Below are positions 8,331-16,670 of a stretch of DNA of 64,000 nt, in pieces. The first letter of the stretch is position 1; every line of letters starts with the position of its first letter. The stretch is from a virus. Its lineage: Duplodnaviria; Caudoviricetes. The translations under genes and the position numbers were made by a program. The stretch spans positions 25,131 through 89,130 of the IMG/VR virus record IMGVR_UViG_2788499831_000001; one strand, given 5' to 3'. A model generated the notes under the pieces. That model made no database searches, had not been told where the DNA came from, and worked only from the letters and a program-made list of their open reading frames with translations.

Positions 8331-9254
8331 TTATGCCGTTCTATAACTAACTCCCTTAACTTGGTACAAGTACTTTTTACTCATTCCGTACAAACGATCA
8401 GCTGCCGCAAATCCTATTTTGTCTTCCAATGTGTCTAAGTCTTCGTTGCTTGTGTACCAAATCGGTAAATTCCGTAAGTATCGCTCATTGATAATCTTGT
8501 AATACATGTCCTCTTTGAACTCGCTGTACTTCGATTTTGCTATGTCATCCCACACGAGAATGTCACAAGTGCATAAGTCATGTAGTAATTCATTTAATCG
8601 TTTTTTATTGTCATTTAGGAACGCTGCATTTTGTATTTCAGCCATGATATTTACATCCTGGACACATAGTACTCTAGCTCCACGTAAACGCCCTGTGCGC
8701 TCGTCTACGATCTTGAATTTATTCAATGCATATTTAGCTGCTGCTATTTGCAAATGAGTCTTCCCTAATCCGTACGAATTGTTTTCCTGACGCATTTTAT
8801 TTCGTTCTCCTGGAGGTAAACTTTTTAATCTTGTTTCACCCACTGATGCAATAAACCCGATACTATTCATCTTTGAATCTCTAATTTCGTTAAAGACTTT
8901 CAAATAATCGATCATAGCGTCATATAAAACTTTCTGCACTTCTGCCTCCCTTATGTAGTTATCAAATCGTGCATTTTCAAACTCAGATGGAATCATTGCG
9001 TACTTGAAACGAGCTTTTAGACTTTTCCTTTCTAAGCATTCACATTCGATAGCAACATCAACATATTTCCCTTTTAGAAATTCAGATGGCTCTTTAATGA
9101 ACGTATACCCTTTATCACCACATATTTCACAATCAACCGATGGTTTGAGCGAATCCTCTCCCGCTGGTCGGTTGGATTCCTCTGCCAGTGCCTTTTTGTG
9201 CATAACTTCCGCTCGCTTCATTAAATCCTTCATTATGTCCCCCAACTTTTCCAT
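8331..9254 (-). CDS. DnaC/IstB-like helicase loader ATPase
   Basis: CEICGD..CEC Zn site; GLGKTHL Walker A; LVWDDI Walker B. Confidence 0.9.
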   Translation of the reverse strand: MEKLGDIMKDLMKRAEVMHKKALAEESNRPAGEDSLKPSVDCEICGDKGYTFIKEPSEFLKGKYVDVAIECECLERKSLKARFKYAMIPSEFENARFDNYIREAEVQKVLYDAMIDYLKVFNEIRDSKMNSIGFIASVGETRLKSLPPGERNKMRQENNSYGLGKTHLQIAAAKYALNKFKIVDERTGRLRGARVLCVQDVNIMAEIQNAAFLNDNKKRLNELLHDLCTCDILVWDDIAKSKYSEFKEDMYYKIINERYLRNLPIWYTSNEDLDTLEDKIGFAAADRLYGMSKKYLYQVKGVSYRTA

Positions 9255-9933
9255 TACCTTTCACCCCTTTGTTTTTAAACTCTGTTTCTGATGCTTCAAC
9301 ATCTGCTAAAGTACGAATGTTATTGTTAGCCCACTGCTTCAAGATTCCCTCAGCATAGTTCCATTTAGCTTGCTTTTTTAATGCGCGTTCCATAGCTGCT
9401 ATAACCAATTCTTCGCTTGTATCTTTAATCCACTGATCTACGTTATCTGCCATGTACGGATTTAATATTCCAATGTTACTTTCATAGAATGAGAAGGGAT
9501 TCTTACTACTATTACTTATTGTTAAATTAGTATTGTTAAGATTAGTATTGTTAGTGTTTCCCTCAGACACTACCCCTAGTTTCTCTGGGACACTACCCTG
9601 GTTTCCCTCAGACACTACTAGTTTCTGTGAGACACTAGGGGTAGGTAGTACGTAATAGATATTTGATAAGTTATTTCCTTGTTCATCTTTCCTGTTAATT
9701 TTTTGGATGTACCCTTTTTCTTCTAATGACTTGATACATTGGACAATCTTCTTTCTTCCGCATCCAACTTTTTCAGTTAATGTCGTTAATGAAGGGAACG
9801 CTGATTGTGTATCTCGATTCGCATGTCTTACAATCACTGCGTAAGCTTTAAACTCGTAAACATCCAAATCACAGTTGTCTATTGCGTCATTCTCTATCAT
9901 GAAAAATCCGCGTCTTTTATCAATAAAATTCAT
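9133..9933 (-). CDS. Phage replication initiator, N-terminal HTH plus DnaD domain
   Basis: AFPSLTTL..KVGCGRK HTH; C-terminal FYESNIG..W..D...AMERA...WNYAEGILKQW. Confidence 0.9.
   Translation of the reverse strand: MNFIDKRRGFFMIENDAIDNCDLDVYEFKAYAVIVRHANRDTQSAFPSLTTLTEKVGCGRKKIVQCIKSLEEKGYIQKINRKDEQGNNLSNIYYVLPTPSVSQKLVVSEGNQGSVPEKLGVVSEGNTNNTNLNNTNLTISNSSKNPFSFYESNIGILNPYMADNVDQWIKDTSEELVIAAMERALKKQAKWNYAEGILKQWANNNIRTLADVEASETEFKNKGVKGNGKVGGHNEGFNEASGSYAQKGTGRGIQPTSGRGFAQTIG
9556..9638. repeat. Lytic-origin iterons inside the initiator gene
   Basis: Four copies of gtttcNNNNNgacacta at 9556, 9579, 9601 and 9621, next to an AT-rich tract. Confidence 0.8.
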
Positions 9934-10176
9934 TTAGTTCACCTTCTTCATTTCCGTTTCATAGAAGCAATCCGTTTCGTCAATTTCACCAGTTGTATGA
10001 ATTCTTTCCGTATTTACAACCTTTCGGACTGGATACACACATTCATAACCGTCTTTCGCCATTTTATATATCCGTTTGCCAATTTCCGTTTTGTCTGTAT
10101 CTCGTAAGTATTTGTTTTCGTTCTTTTTACTTGGAATTAAGAAACTATATCGTTTTGATCTGTATACCGTTTCCAT
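9934..10176 (-). CDS. Hypothetical protein
   Basis: Coupled ORF. Confidence 0.65.
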   Translation of the reverse strand: METVYRSKRYSFLIPSKKNENKYLRDTDKTEIGKRIYKMAKDGYECVYPVRKVVNTERIHTTGEIDETDCFYETEMKKVN

Positions 10177-10347
10177 TTACATCTCCCTCTCGCATATAGC
10201 AAATCCTTTCGATACTTTCAGGACCCTATAACCTGGGTAGCGTTTTGGATTTATATATTTCAGTTCGTTTTTCTTTGCTTCGTCTGTTGATTTGGCATCC
10301 TTCCAGCACCAAGCCGGAAGGAGTACCTTACTTTGTTTTTCAATCAT
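10177..10347 (-). CDS. Small hypothetical protein, absent from ORF track
   Basis: Manual translation MIEKQSKVLLPAWCWKDAK...RYPGYRVLKV; 56 aa. Confidence 0.6.
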   Translation of the reverse strand: MIEKQSKVLLPAWCWKDAKSTDEAKKNELKYINPKRYPGYRVLKVSKGFAICEREM

Positions 10348-11171
10348 TGTTCAAATACAATTTCTGATTGCCCGTTATTTGTTGTTTCTTCACTAGTTTC
10401 TTCTGCTTCAATAAATTCTGGTTCTGCTGTAATATCTTTTCGTACCACTTCGTCATGCTGCGCCTGCGTTTGGACTTCGATGCTGATTGGTAAGTATTTA
10501 AACATCGCTCTCACGACTGTTTTCTTCGCCATTTCTTCATAATCACTATCCCAAGGGCTGTAACTTTTTGATTTCGCTCTAGTGCGGCGTTTTTCAACTT
10601 CGCTTTTTGGCATAAATTCCATTTGGTAACCACCATCTTTAAAATGTGCAACTGCATAAGCTCCAATGAATGCCCCACGCTCTCCAAATGAAGGTTTGTG
10701 CTTTAATGTAGGTTGTAAGCCTAATTCGTATTCGAATTCATCGTTCTCGTACACAGCGTGAGCGTAAATACTTTGGATGTGACCGGAACGTCTAGCAAGA
10801 TCAATCATTCCTTTGTAGCCAATGATGAACTGTACTTCTTTTACCCATTGAGGATTTTGTTTCGTTCCAGCGTTCTTATTGAAGGGAATTAAGTAGCAAT
10901 GACCTAACAATCCTGGCTCGAGTCCAAGTTGCACAGCTTGCATAACCGCTCCCATAAGTGAAGGTACTGTACATTCAAGTAATGTTGGATTTGTTCGAAT
11001 GGTTGTAAGTGCGATACGACTCATACGGTCCATATCCATATGCTTAGGTAATGCTTCAGCCATTTTAGGGCCCATCTTTTTCATATAAGCTTCTACCGTT
11101 TGTTCCGGAGTGGTTGGTGCACTTCCCTTACGAGTTGCTAATTGAGTTTTAACATCTTGATTAGTTGCCAT
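10344..11171 (-). CDS. recT: RecT family ssDNA-annealing recombinase
   Basis: LGLEPGLLGHCYLIPF..QFIIGYKG...PW..DYEEMAKKTV. Confidence 0.95.
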   Translation of the reverse strand: MATNQDVKTQLATRKGSAPTTPEQTVEAYMKKMGPKMAEALPKHMDMDRMSRIALTTIRTNPTLLECTVPSLMGAVMQAVQLGLEPGLLGHCYLIPFNKNAGTKQNPQWVKEVQFIIGYKGMIDLARRSGHIQSIYAHAVYENDEFEYELGLQPTLKHKPSFGERGAFIGAYAVAHFKDGGYQMEFMPKSEVEKRRTRAKSKSYSPWDSDYEEMAKKTVVRAMFKYLPISIEVQTQAQHDEVVRKDITAEPEFIEAEETSEETTNNGQSEIVFEQ

Positions 11172-11185
11172 TTTTTATTTCCCCC

Positions 11186-12127
11186 TTATTTAATTGAAAA
11201 TCTTCTTGTATTAGATTCTTTCGTATATTGTTTATATAAATCTGGGTGTTCTTCCTTAAAACGTTTACTATCAAAGCGATTAGTAGAATAAGATTTCCAA
11301 AGAACTGTGTAATTCTCAGTAGCTCCTTTTGCTCTCTCTCCAAGCATTGCTTTCAATTTGTTTTCGTACTCTTTTTTCTGTGTATCTAACACTTTTAGTT
11401 CAGCTTCAATTTGATTACGAGCTTCTACTAATATCTCAGCTTCATTTGAGAGGCTTACAACGTTATCTTCAAATCCTTTTGGATACATTTGATTTAAGAG
11501 ATTTGTAGACGCATCACTTCCATCGAACATTGGTGGTTCTAACTTCTCGACATGATTTTGCCAAAAGTCTTTTTCAATATCGATTAAGTACTGAATAACC
11601 TCTTCATCACGTTCAATCTTTTTATAGATGAATTTATTCCCGCCAATTAATACTGCAATCCACCATGCTTCATAACCTGTTACAGCCATATAATGTTGGC
11701 ACTGAATGAGATAAGACGTTGGTACTTCTTCACCCTCCCATTCTTTCTTTAGATATTCAGATGCGGTTTTACACTCAAGCCCTACCTTTTCACTGATAAT
11801 GAGCCTGTCCACATTTGCGAGCATCCAAGGATAATCCGGATGTTGTAAGATTGCATTTCGTTTACGTACTTTCAATCCAGTTCGTGAACTAAATTCTTGT
11901 GCTACGACTTCCTCGAGAACATTTCCGAAGTGAGCTGCTTCACTTTGAATATCTTCTTCTGGCGATTCGCCAACTTTATCCATATAAACCGAAATTGGTG
12001 ATTTCCATTTGTTTAGACCTGCAATAGCAGATGCATCAGAACCTCCAATACCTGCCTTTCTTGCTTCTAACCATTGTTCATGAGCCATTTCTTTTGTTAT
12101 TGCTAATACGTTTGCATTCATTTCCAC
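11186..12127 (-). CDS. YqaJ-like viral recombinase exonuclease
   Basis: GIGGSDAS..ANVDR..LECKT..QCQHYMAV. Confidence 0.95.
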   Translation of the reverse strand: MEMNANVLAITKEMAHEQWLEARKAGIGGSDASAIAGLNKWKSPISVYMDKVGESPEEDIQSEAAHFGNVLEEVVAQEFSSRTGLKVRKRNAILQHPDYPWMLANVDRLIISEKVGLECKTASEYLKKEWEGEEVPTSYLIQCQHYMAVTGYEAWWIAVLIGGNKFIYKKIERDEEVIQYLIDIEKDFWQNHVEKLEPPMFDGSDASTNLLNQMYPKGFEDNVVSLSNEAEILVEARNQIEAELKVLDTQKKEYENKLKAMLGERAKGATENYTVLWKSYSTNRFDSKRFKEEHPDLYKQYTKESNTRRFSIK

Positions 12128-12198
12128 ATTCCTCCTTATTTACTTAGAAGAAACGACTATGTTATAATAGAGGTACAATTTATTGAGTCGTTTCCTGA

Positions 12199-12226
12199 AC
12201 CAGCCGATTACGCCAAATCGGCTGGT
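12199..12226. terminator. Bidirectional hairpin upstream of yqaJ
   Basis: accagccgatt/aatcggctggt stem followed by a T tract. Confidence 0.7.
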
Positions 12227-12254
12227 TTTATTTTGTTTTGATGCTTCGCTTGTC

Positions 12255-12536
12255 CTATTCACTTAACCACTCTGGGTCTTCATGCCAACCGCCTTCATCG
12301 TGATCGTAACGATAGTAATAAGCATCGCCATCTTCATTAACAATGGGATTTGTGTAGGTGTCATAAGGTCGAGTACCTTCCATGTAGTACGTCATTACGT
12401 ATTTACCTAACATAGGGCAATAAATTTCTCCCCACTCAACTCCATTACTCCAACTAATTTCTCTCATTTCCATTCCCCTTTCTGATGCTTTCACGCATCG
12501 GAATATCCAGGAACCTTTCGGTAAGGTGGGGACCAA
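12255..12536 (-). CDS. Acidic hypothetical protein; true start probably MREISWS
   Basis: Flanked by gcttgtcctatt repeats. Confidence 0.65.
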   Translation of the reverse strand: MVPTLPKGSWIFRCVKASERGMEMREISWSNGVEWGEIYCPMLGKYVMTYYMEGTRPYDTYTNPIVNEDGDAYYYRYDHDEGGWHEDPEWLSE

Positions 12537-12585
12537 TATTAGATTCCTGAATATTCCGACAAGCGAAGGCTTGTCCTATTTAGAA

Positions 12586-12888
12586 TCACCATTCATTCCG
12601 TTCACGAACGATTTTTAGCTGCTCTGGTGTTAATTCAACATCTACAGGTTCATAATTATTTTTAATAAACTCAATGTCGTTTGACATCGGTAAGCCTGCC
12701 ATGAATTTATAAAATTTATCAACGTCATCTTGGTTTGGTTTTTGTAAATCGTACCTTGTGATGAACAATGCATCTGTAAATACTTGTGTATCTAAATATT
12801 CATCTGACCAATCTCCACACTCAGGGCCATCACATAAATAGCGATTATCTTTATTTTTAGCTTTGAATGCTATTGCTGGTATTTTCAT
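12586..12888 (-). CDS. Hypothetical protein
   Basis: ORF with RBS. Confidence 0.7.
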   Translation of the reverse strand: MKIPAIAFKAKNKDNRYLCDGPECGDWSDEYLDTQVFTDALFITRYDLQKPNQDDVDKFYKFMAGLPMSNDIEFIKNNYEPVDVELTPEQLKIVRERNEW

Positions 12889-13058
12889 CTCTCATTTCCT
12901 CCTACTCTTTCTGCAACTCTTTGAGCGTATCGAACTTGCTGTTTGATATATGGATCTTCCCAACTACCTCCACTTGCGACCCAATCAGTTAAACGGCTTT
13001 TTATATCCGTCAATACCTCGAATGGTAGCAAATGAGCTATTTTGTTTAATTCCTCCAA
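12885..13058 (-). CDS. Small hypothetical protein, absent from ORF track
   Basis: TTG start with RBS; MEELNKIAHLLPFEVLTDIKSRLTDW...; 57 aa. Confidence 0.6.
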   Translation of the reverse strand: MEELNKIAHLLPFEVLTDIKSRLTDWVASGGSWEDPYIKQQVRYAQRVAERVGGNER

Positions 13059-13073
13059 TTACTATCCCCCTCT

Positions 13074-13211
13074 CTATTTAGCTAGAGTTATAAACTCGTA
13101 ATGTTGAATAGCAACGATTTCCGCACTGTTATGTACGTCTCTAGCTTTTAAATCATTTATGATCCACAAGATTTTCTTTCGTTCGTCTGCATCTCGCTGC
13201 TGTTTGTCCAT
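13074..13211 (-). CDS. Small hypothetical protein, absent from ORF track
   Basis: MDKQQRDADERKKILWIINDL...; 45 aa with RBS. Confidence 0.55.
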   Translation of the reverse strand: MDKQQRDADERKKILWIINDLKARDVHNSAEIVAIQHYEFITLAK

Positions 13212-13255
13212 CGCTTTACCACCTTATTTATCTATTGCTCTCCTAATTTGGTATA

Positions 13256-13816
13256 ATGTTCCTTGAAAGGGGAACTTACTATATGACAGCTAATATCATT
13301 CAAATTATTTCAATCATCTTAACTACAGTCATCTCAATTATTTCGGTAGTAATTGCAGTTAAATCTCTAAAAACTACCCAAAAATCGATTGAAGAAGCCA
13401 ATAGGCCATATGTTGTAGTTTATAAGGATTACGTCCATGTCTTGTCTAACATCACAGAGTATCTGGTTATTAAAAACTTTGGAAAAACTGGCGCTACTAT
13501 CGAATCTTTAATTTTTAATCCTGAGTATTATGACAAGAAAAACAATCCTTTATTCAAAAACTTAGAAAATACTTTTATTGCACCTGGTCAATCTATAAAG
13601 ACCGTAATTTCATCCAATGCTTTTGGGCAAAAAAGAGAAGGTATAACAACTTTAACTATTAGGTATAAAGATACTAATCGTTCTTATTACGAAGAAATCA
13701 ACCTAAATGAAGAACTAATTCGTGATCTTTCCTTTATGAAAACCGATCCCTCTGGATACACCATAGAATCAGTTATTACCAGAACTGCTCAAGAGTTCCT
13801 TAGAAGAAACCTTTAA
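13256..13816 (+). CDS. Membrane-anchored moron protein on the opposite strand
   Basis: Single N-terminal TM (likely start MTANIIQ); own TG-N-TATAAT at 13249-13257. Confidence 0.75.
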   Translation: MFLERGTYYMTANIIQIISIILTTVISIISVVIAVKSLKTTQKSIEEANRPYVVVYKDYVHVLSNITEYLVIKNFGKTGATIESLIFNPEYYDKKNNPLFKNLENTFIAPGQSIKTVISSNAFGQKREGITTLTIRYKDTNRSYYEEINLNEELIRDLSFMKTDPSGYTIESVITRTAQEFLRRNL

Positions 13817-13981
13817 AATTTTAGTTTGTTCCTCAAGAAATGACTCAAAGTTTTCTAATATCATTCGAGCTTCACCATAATTCAAATCATGTTCAGCAAG
13901 TATATTTATTATGTCTTCCCTCACTTGCTGAATTTTTTCTTGTTGTAATATACCTTTATACATCACGATGTCTGCTCTCAT
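13769..13981 (-). CDS. Small hypothetical protein
   Basis: Early-operon ORF. Confidence 0.55.
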   Translation of the reverse strand: MRADIVMYKGILQQEKIQQVREDIINILAEHDLNYGEARMILENFESFLEEQTKILKVSSKELLSSSGNN

Positions 13982-14168
13982 TTTGTTCCTCCTTCATATT
14001 TCTGTGTTTAATAAATTCACGAAGTTCTTTTAGGAAGGATGCTTGCGCTGACATGCATTCTTCTCTACTCCAGAAAGTTAACTCCAACTTAAGTTGGCTT
14101 TCTTTAACCTCCCCTTTTAAATTCATCGTCTTGGCATCATAGTTTGTAATAAACACCTTTGAGTTCAT
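13956..14168 (-). CDS. Small hypothetical protein
   Basis: RBS gaggga. Confidence 0.6.
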   Translation of the reverse strand: MNSKVFITNYDAKTMNLKGEVKESQLKLELTFWSREECMSAQASFLKELREFIKHRNMKEEQNESRHRDV

Positions 14169-14448
14169 TTCCCTCTCTCCTTCGGCTCTTAACTATTTAA
14201 AAGAATTTGTCTAGCTTCAGCTAAATTTTTAATCACTAGCGCTGTTTCTGCACTGTTACAAATCTTAGTCAATTCATTGATTCGCTCTAATAATTCTTGA
14301 GCTACCTTGCCTTTGTGTAATTGATTTGTCATTTTTGCTCCTCCTTCATAATCCGTTTGTTTATGCGTTCCATCAGATATATGAATCCAGCAAGGCCAAT
14401 GACTGCAACTAGTACCATTAAATGTGAGAATGTGCTTTCTTCCATTAT

Positions 14449-14631
14449 TCATTCCTCCTCTTGTTCCCAAAGAATGTTTAAAGCATTTTCGATTAACCCT
14501 TCTAAGTATTCAGTTCTATTCATGATGCTTGGGAATGAGCCATGTGAATTAGTAAGTGTTGCTGGGTAACGATCTCTAACATCTCTGAAAGCCGATTCTA
14601 AAATATCGATTGCTTCTTTTAACTCACTCAT
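14449..14631 (-). CDS. Small hypothetical protein
   Basis: Coupled to the antirepressor stop codon. Confidence 0.65.
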   Translation of the reverse strand: MSELKEAIDILESAFRDVRDRYPATLTNSHGSFPSIMNRTEYLEGLIENALNILWEQEEE

Positions 14632-15356
14632 GCTGTTGCACTTCCTTTGTTAAGAAGCTTGTCAGCTACTCGAACAGCATCTTCTAATTGATTTGTCATC
14701 GATAAGTACTGCGGTCTTGTTAAATCTTTAAGGCCGTGTTTCTCTTTATATTTTGTAATTCGTAATTTCAGGTTTGTTTTATACGCTGTGTTGAATGCAT
14801 CTGTGAAAGCTCTCCATGCATTTGGGATAGTCATTTTCTCTTGTTGTGCATGTCGTCTAATCATTTTGTTTAAGCGTTGCTGCAAGTCACCAATTGTATC
14901 GATTCTGTCAATATTATCTAATCGGTGATTCACTGTTGTTACTTGCTGTTCTAGCTGAACCATTCGTCTTTCGCTTTCCATATTTTGTTGAGCTAACATG
15001 TAGATCAACTCAGCTGGTGACTTTGCTTGTTGTTGACGGAATCGTTTTTCTACTTCAATGAAGTATTTTCTGATTACTCGTCCAGCTTCGTTATTTTGTA
15101 CCATCGCTACTTCTTTAGCTGTATCTATTGTGAGCCAATACTCCACTTTAGGTCGTCCGTTTGTTTTTTCCGAAACTGGAAAAAAGTCTTCTCTTTCGAT
15201 GAAACCGTATTTTTCGATACGTTCTTGTATCCATGCAGCGAAAACTTTACCGACCAACATCTGCTCATGTAACTCACGAGCATTTACGAACTTTTCACCA
15301 TTCTCATTTTGATAAACTGGAAGCATTTCATTTGCGATTACTTTTAATTGATTCAT
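14628..15356 (-). CDS. AntA/AntB antirepressor
   Basis: VNARELHEQM...F..WIQ.RI..YGF.E.EDF...EY.LTIDTAKEVAMV. Confidence 0.9.
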   Translation of the reverse strand: MNQLKVIANEMLPVYQNENGEKFVNARELHEQMLVGKVFAAWIQERIEKYGFIEREDFFPVSEKTNGRPKVEYWLTIDTAKEVAMVQNNEAGRVIRKYFIEVEKRFRQQQAKSPAELIYMLAQQNMESERRMVQLEQQVTTVNHRLDNIDRIDTIGDLQQRLNKMIRRHAQQEKMTIPNAWRAFTDAFNTAYKTNLKLRITKYKEKHGLKDLTRPQYLSMTNQLEDAVRVADKLLNKGSATA

Positions 15357-15368
15357 TTTCTTTCCTCC

Positions 15369-15611
15369 CTATCCGATAAGTTCCGTATCTTTGATACGTT
15401 TTGTATCATCAAAGTCATTAAAAATGTCTGGGAATAATTCTGTTACCCTGACACCGAAAAATCTTTGATATACCTTCATTGTCTTGACACTAGGGTTCCT
15501 TTCACCCTTTTCTACCTTGCGAACAAATACAGTTGATAAGTTTAAAGCTACAGCTAACTCTTTTTGTGTTAAACTCCTTGCTGTACGTTCATCTATAAGT
15601 CTTTTCCTCAT
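15369..15611 (-). CDS. Cro-like XRE regulator (phage B)
   Basis: HTH_XRE; divergent from the repressor. Confidence 0.85.
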   Translation of the reverse strand: MRKRLIDERTARSLTQKELAVALNLSTVFVRKVEKGERNPSVKTMKVYQRFFGVRVTELFPDIFNDFDDTKRIKDTELIG

Positions 15612-15743
15612 TTCATCACCTACCGTTTGATACGTTTTGTATCGTTAACTGTAGTATAGATGATACATTATGTATCGTCAACCCCTTTTGATACATTTTA
15701 TATCTTTTTTAATAAAACTCTTTAAAACGATACATTTTGTATC
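15393..15743. promoter_or_regulatory. Phage B operators GATAC-N5-GTATC
   Basis: Copies at 15393, 15629, 15662, 15690 (1 mismatch) and 15729. Confidence 0.85.
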
Positions 15744-15768
15744 TATAATGAGGGTATACTAATAATAA

Positions 15769-16149
15769 TTGATACGGTGCGAGAGGGGATTTATTAAAAT
15801 GACATTTGGAGAAAAGTTAAAAGAGTTGAGAGGTAGCAGGACCCAGGAAGAGGTTGCTAAAGGTATCGAAATATCTAGAGCTAGATATTCTCACTTCGAA
15901 AACGATCGTAACGAACCAGACTTACAACTAATACAGAAAATAGCTGATTATCATAAAGTAACTACAGATTACCTATTAGGACGCGTTGAAGATTCACGTT
16001 TAACAAAAGAAGATGACGAGAAAGCAACAGAAATGGCCAAGAGGCTTGAAAAGTTAATCGCCGAGCTAGAGGATTCAGAGCAAGATAAAGCATTAGAGCA
16101 CTTAGAAATGTTTGTTCAATACCAAAAAGCAAAAAATAATAGTAAATAA
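15769..16149 (+). CDS. Phage B repressor, ImmR-like XRE without peptidase domain
   Basis: [33 protein letters not shown]; likely start MTFGEK. Confidence 0.9.
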   Translation: MIRCERGFIKMTFGEKLKELRGSRTQEEVAKGIEISRARYSHFENDRNEPDLQLIQKIADYHKVTTDYLLGRVEDSRLTKEDDEKATEMAKRLEKLIAELEDSEQDKALEHLEMFVQYQKAKNNSK

Positions 16150-16150
16150 C

Positions 16151-16180
16151 AAAAAGACTATCCATATTGGTAGTCTTTTT
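16151..16180. terminator. Bidirectional terminator between repressor and aimX region
   Basis: aaaaagacta...tagtcttttt. Confidence 0.8.
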
Positions 16181-16190
16181 TCTTTGTGCT

Positions 16191-16307
16191 CTATTCTTCT
16201 TTATATGTACCTGATGTAACTGATTCTAGTAATTCACCTACATCCTCGCTTCCATTCTTTAATAACCATTCAATAGCTGCCTCTTTTAATAATTGCTCTT
16301 TTGTCAT
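16191..16307 (-). CDS. 38-aa ORF downstream of aimP, candidate AimX-like effector
   Basis: RBS caggggga; MTKEQLLKEAAIEWLLKNGSEDVGELLESVTSGTYKEE. Confidence 0.55.
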   Translation of the reverse strand: MTKEQLLKEAAIEWLLKNGSEDVGELLESVTSGTYKEE

Positions 16308-16481
16308 TTCAAATTCCCCCTGCATCCTCTTTATAGTTTGTGAATTTTTCACAATTGGTAAGTGTTTACCGAAATCGAAAAACACTTACCAATCTCCAGA
16401 AACAGCGAATGACATCGCCATTTTGACGATGTCATTCATATATAATATATTTAATTATTTATTCATCAAATTTGTTTTATA

Positions 16482-16628
16482 TCAACCGGAACCAGTTCCA
16501 GGATCAACCATCTTATATAGTACCGGAGCTGTTGAAGCTTCTTGTTTAGGCGCTTCCTTTACTGGTGGATTCAGTAAAATTGCTCCAACTAATAGTAAAG
16601 CTGGTACTACTTTAAGGATTTTACGCAT
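16482..16628 (-). CDS. aimP: Arbitrium pre-peptide AimP, absent from ORF track
   Basis: RBS aggaggt; MRKILKVVPALLLVGAILLNPPVKEAPKQEASTAPVLYKMVDPGTGSG, a signal peptide plus G/P-rich C-terminal peptide, directly after aimR. Confidence 0.85.
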   Translation of the reverse strand: MRKILKVVPALLLVGAILLNPPVKEAPKQEASTAPVLYKMVDPGTGSG

Positions 16629-16670
16629 AAAATACCTCCTTAATTTGCTAAGTATATTATACCATATTTA

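Noticed and set aside
14189-14470. 93-aa ORF as called
   Set aside because: It appears to run two tiny coupled ORFs together (likely real start MTNQLHK), so the boundaries are too uncertain.
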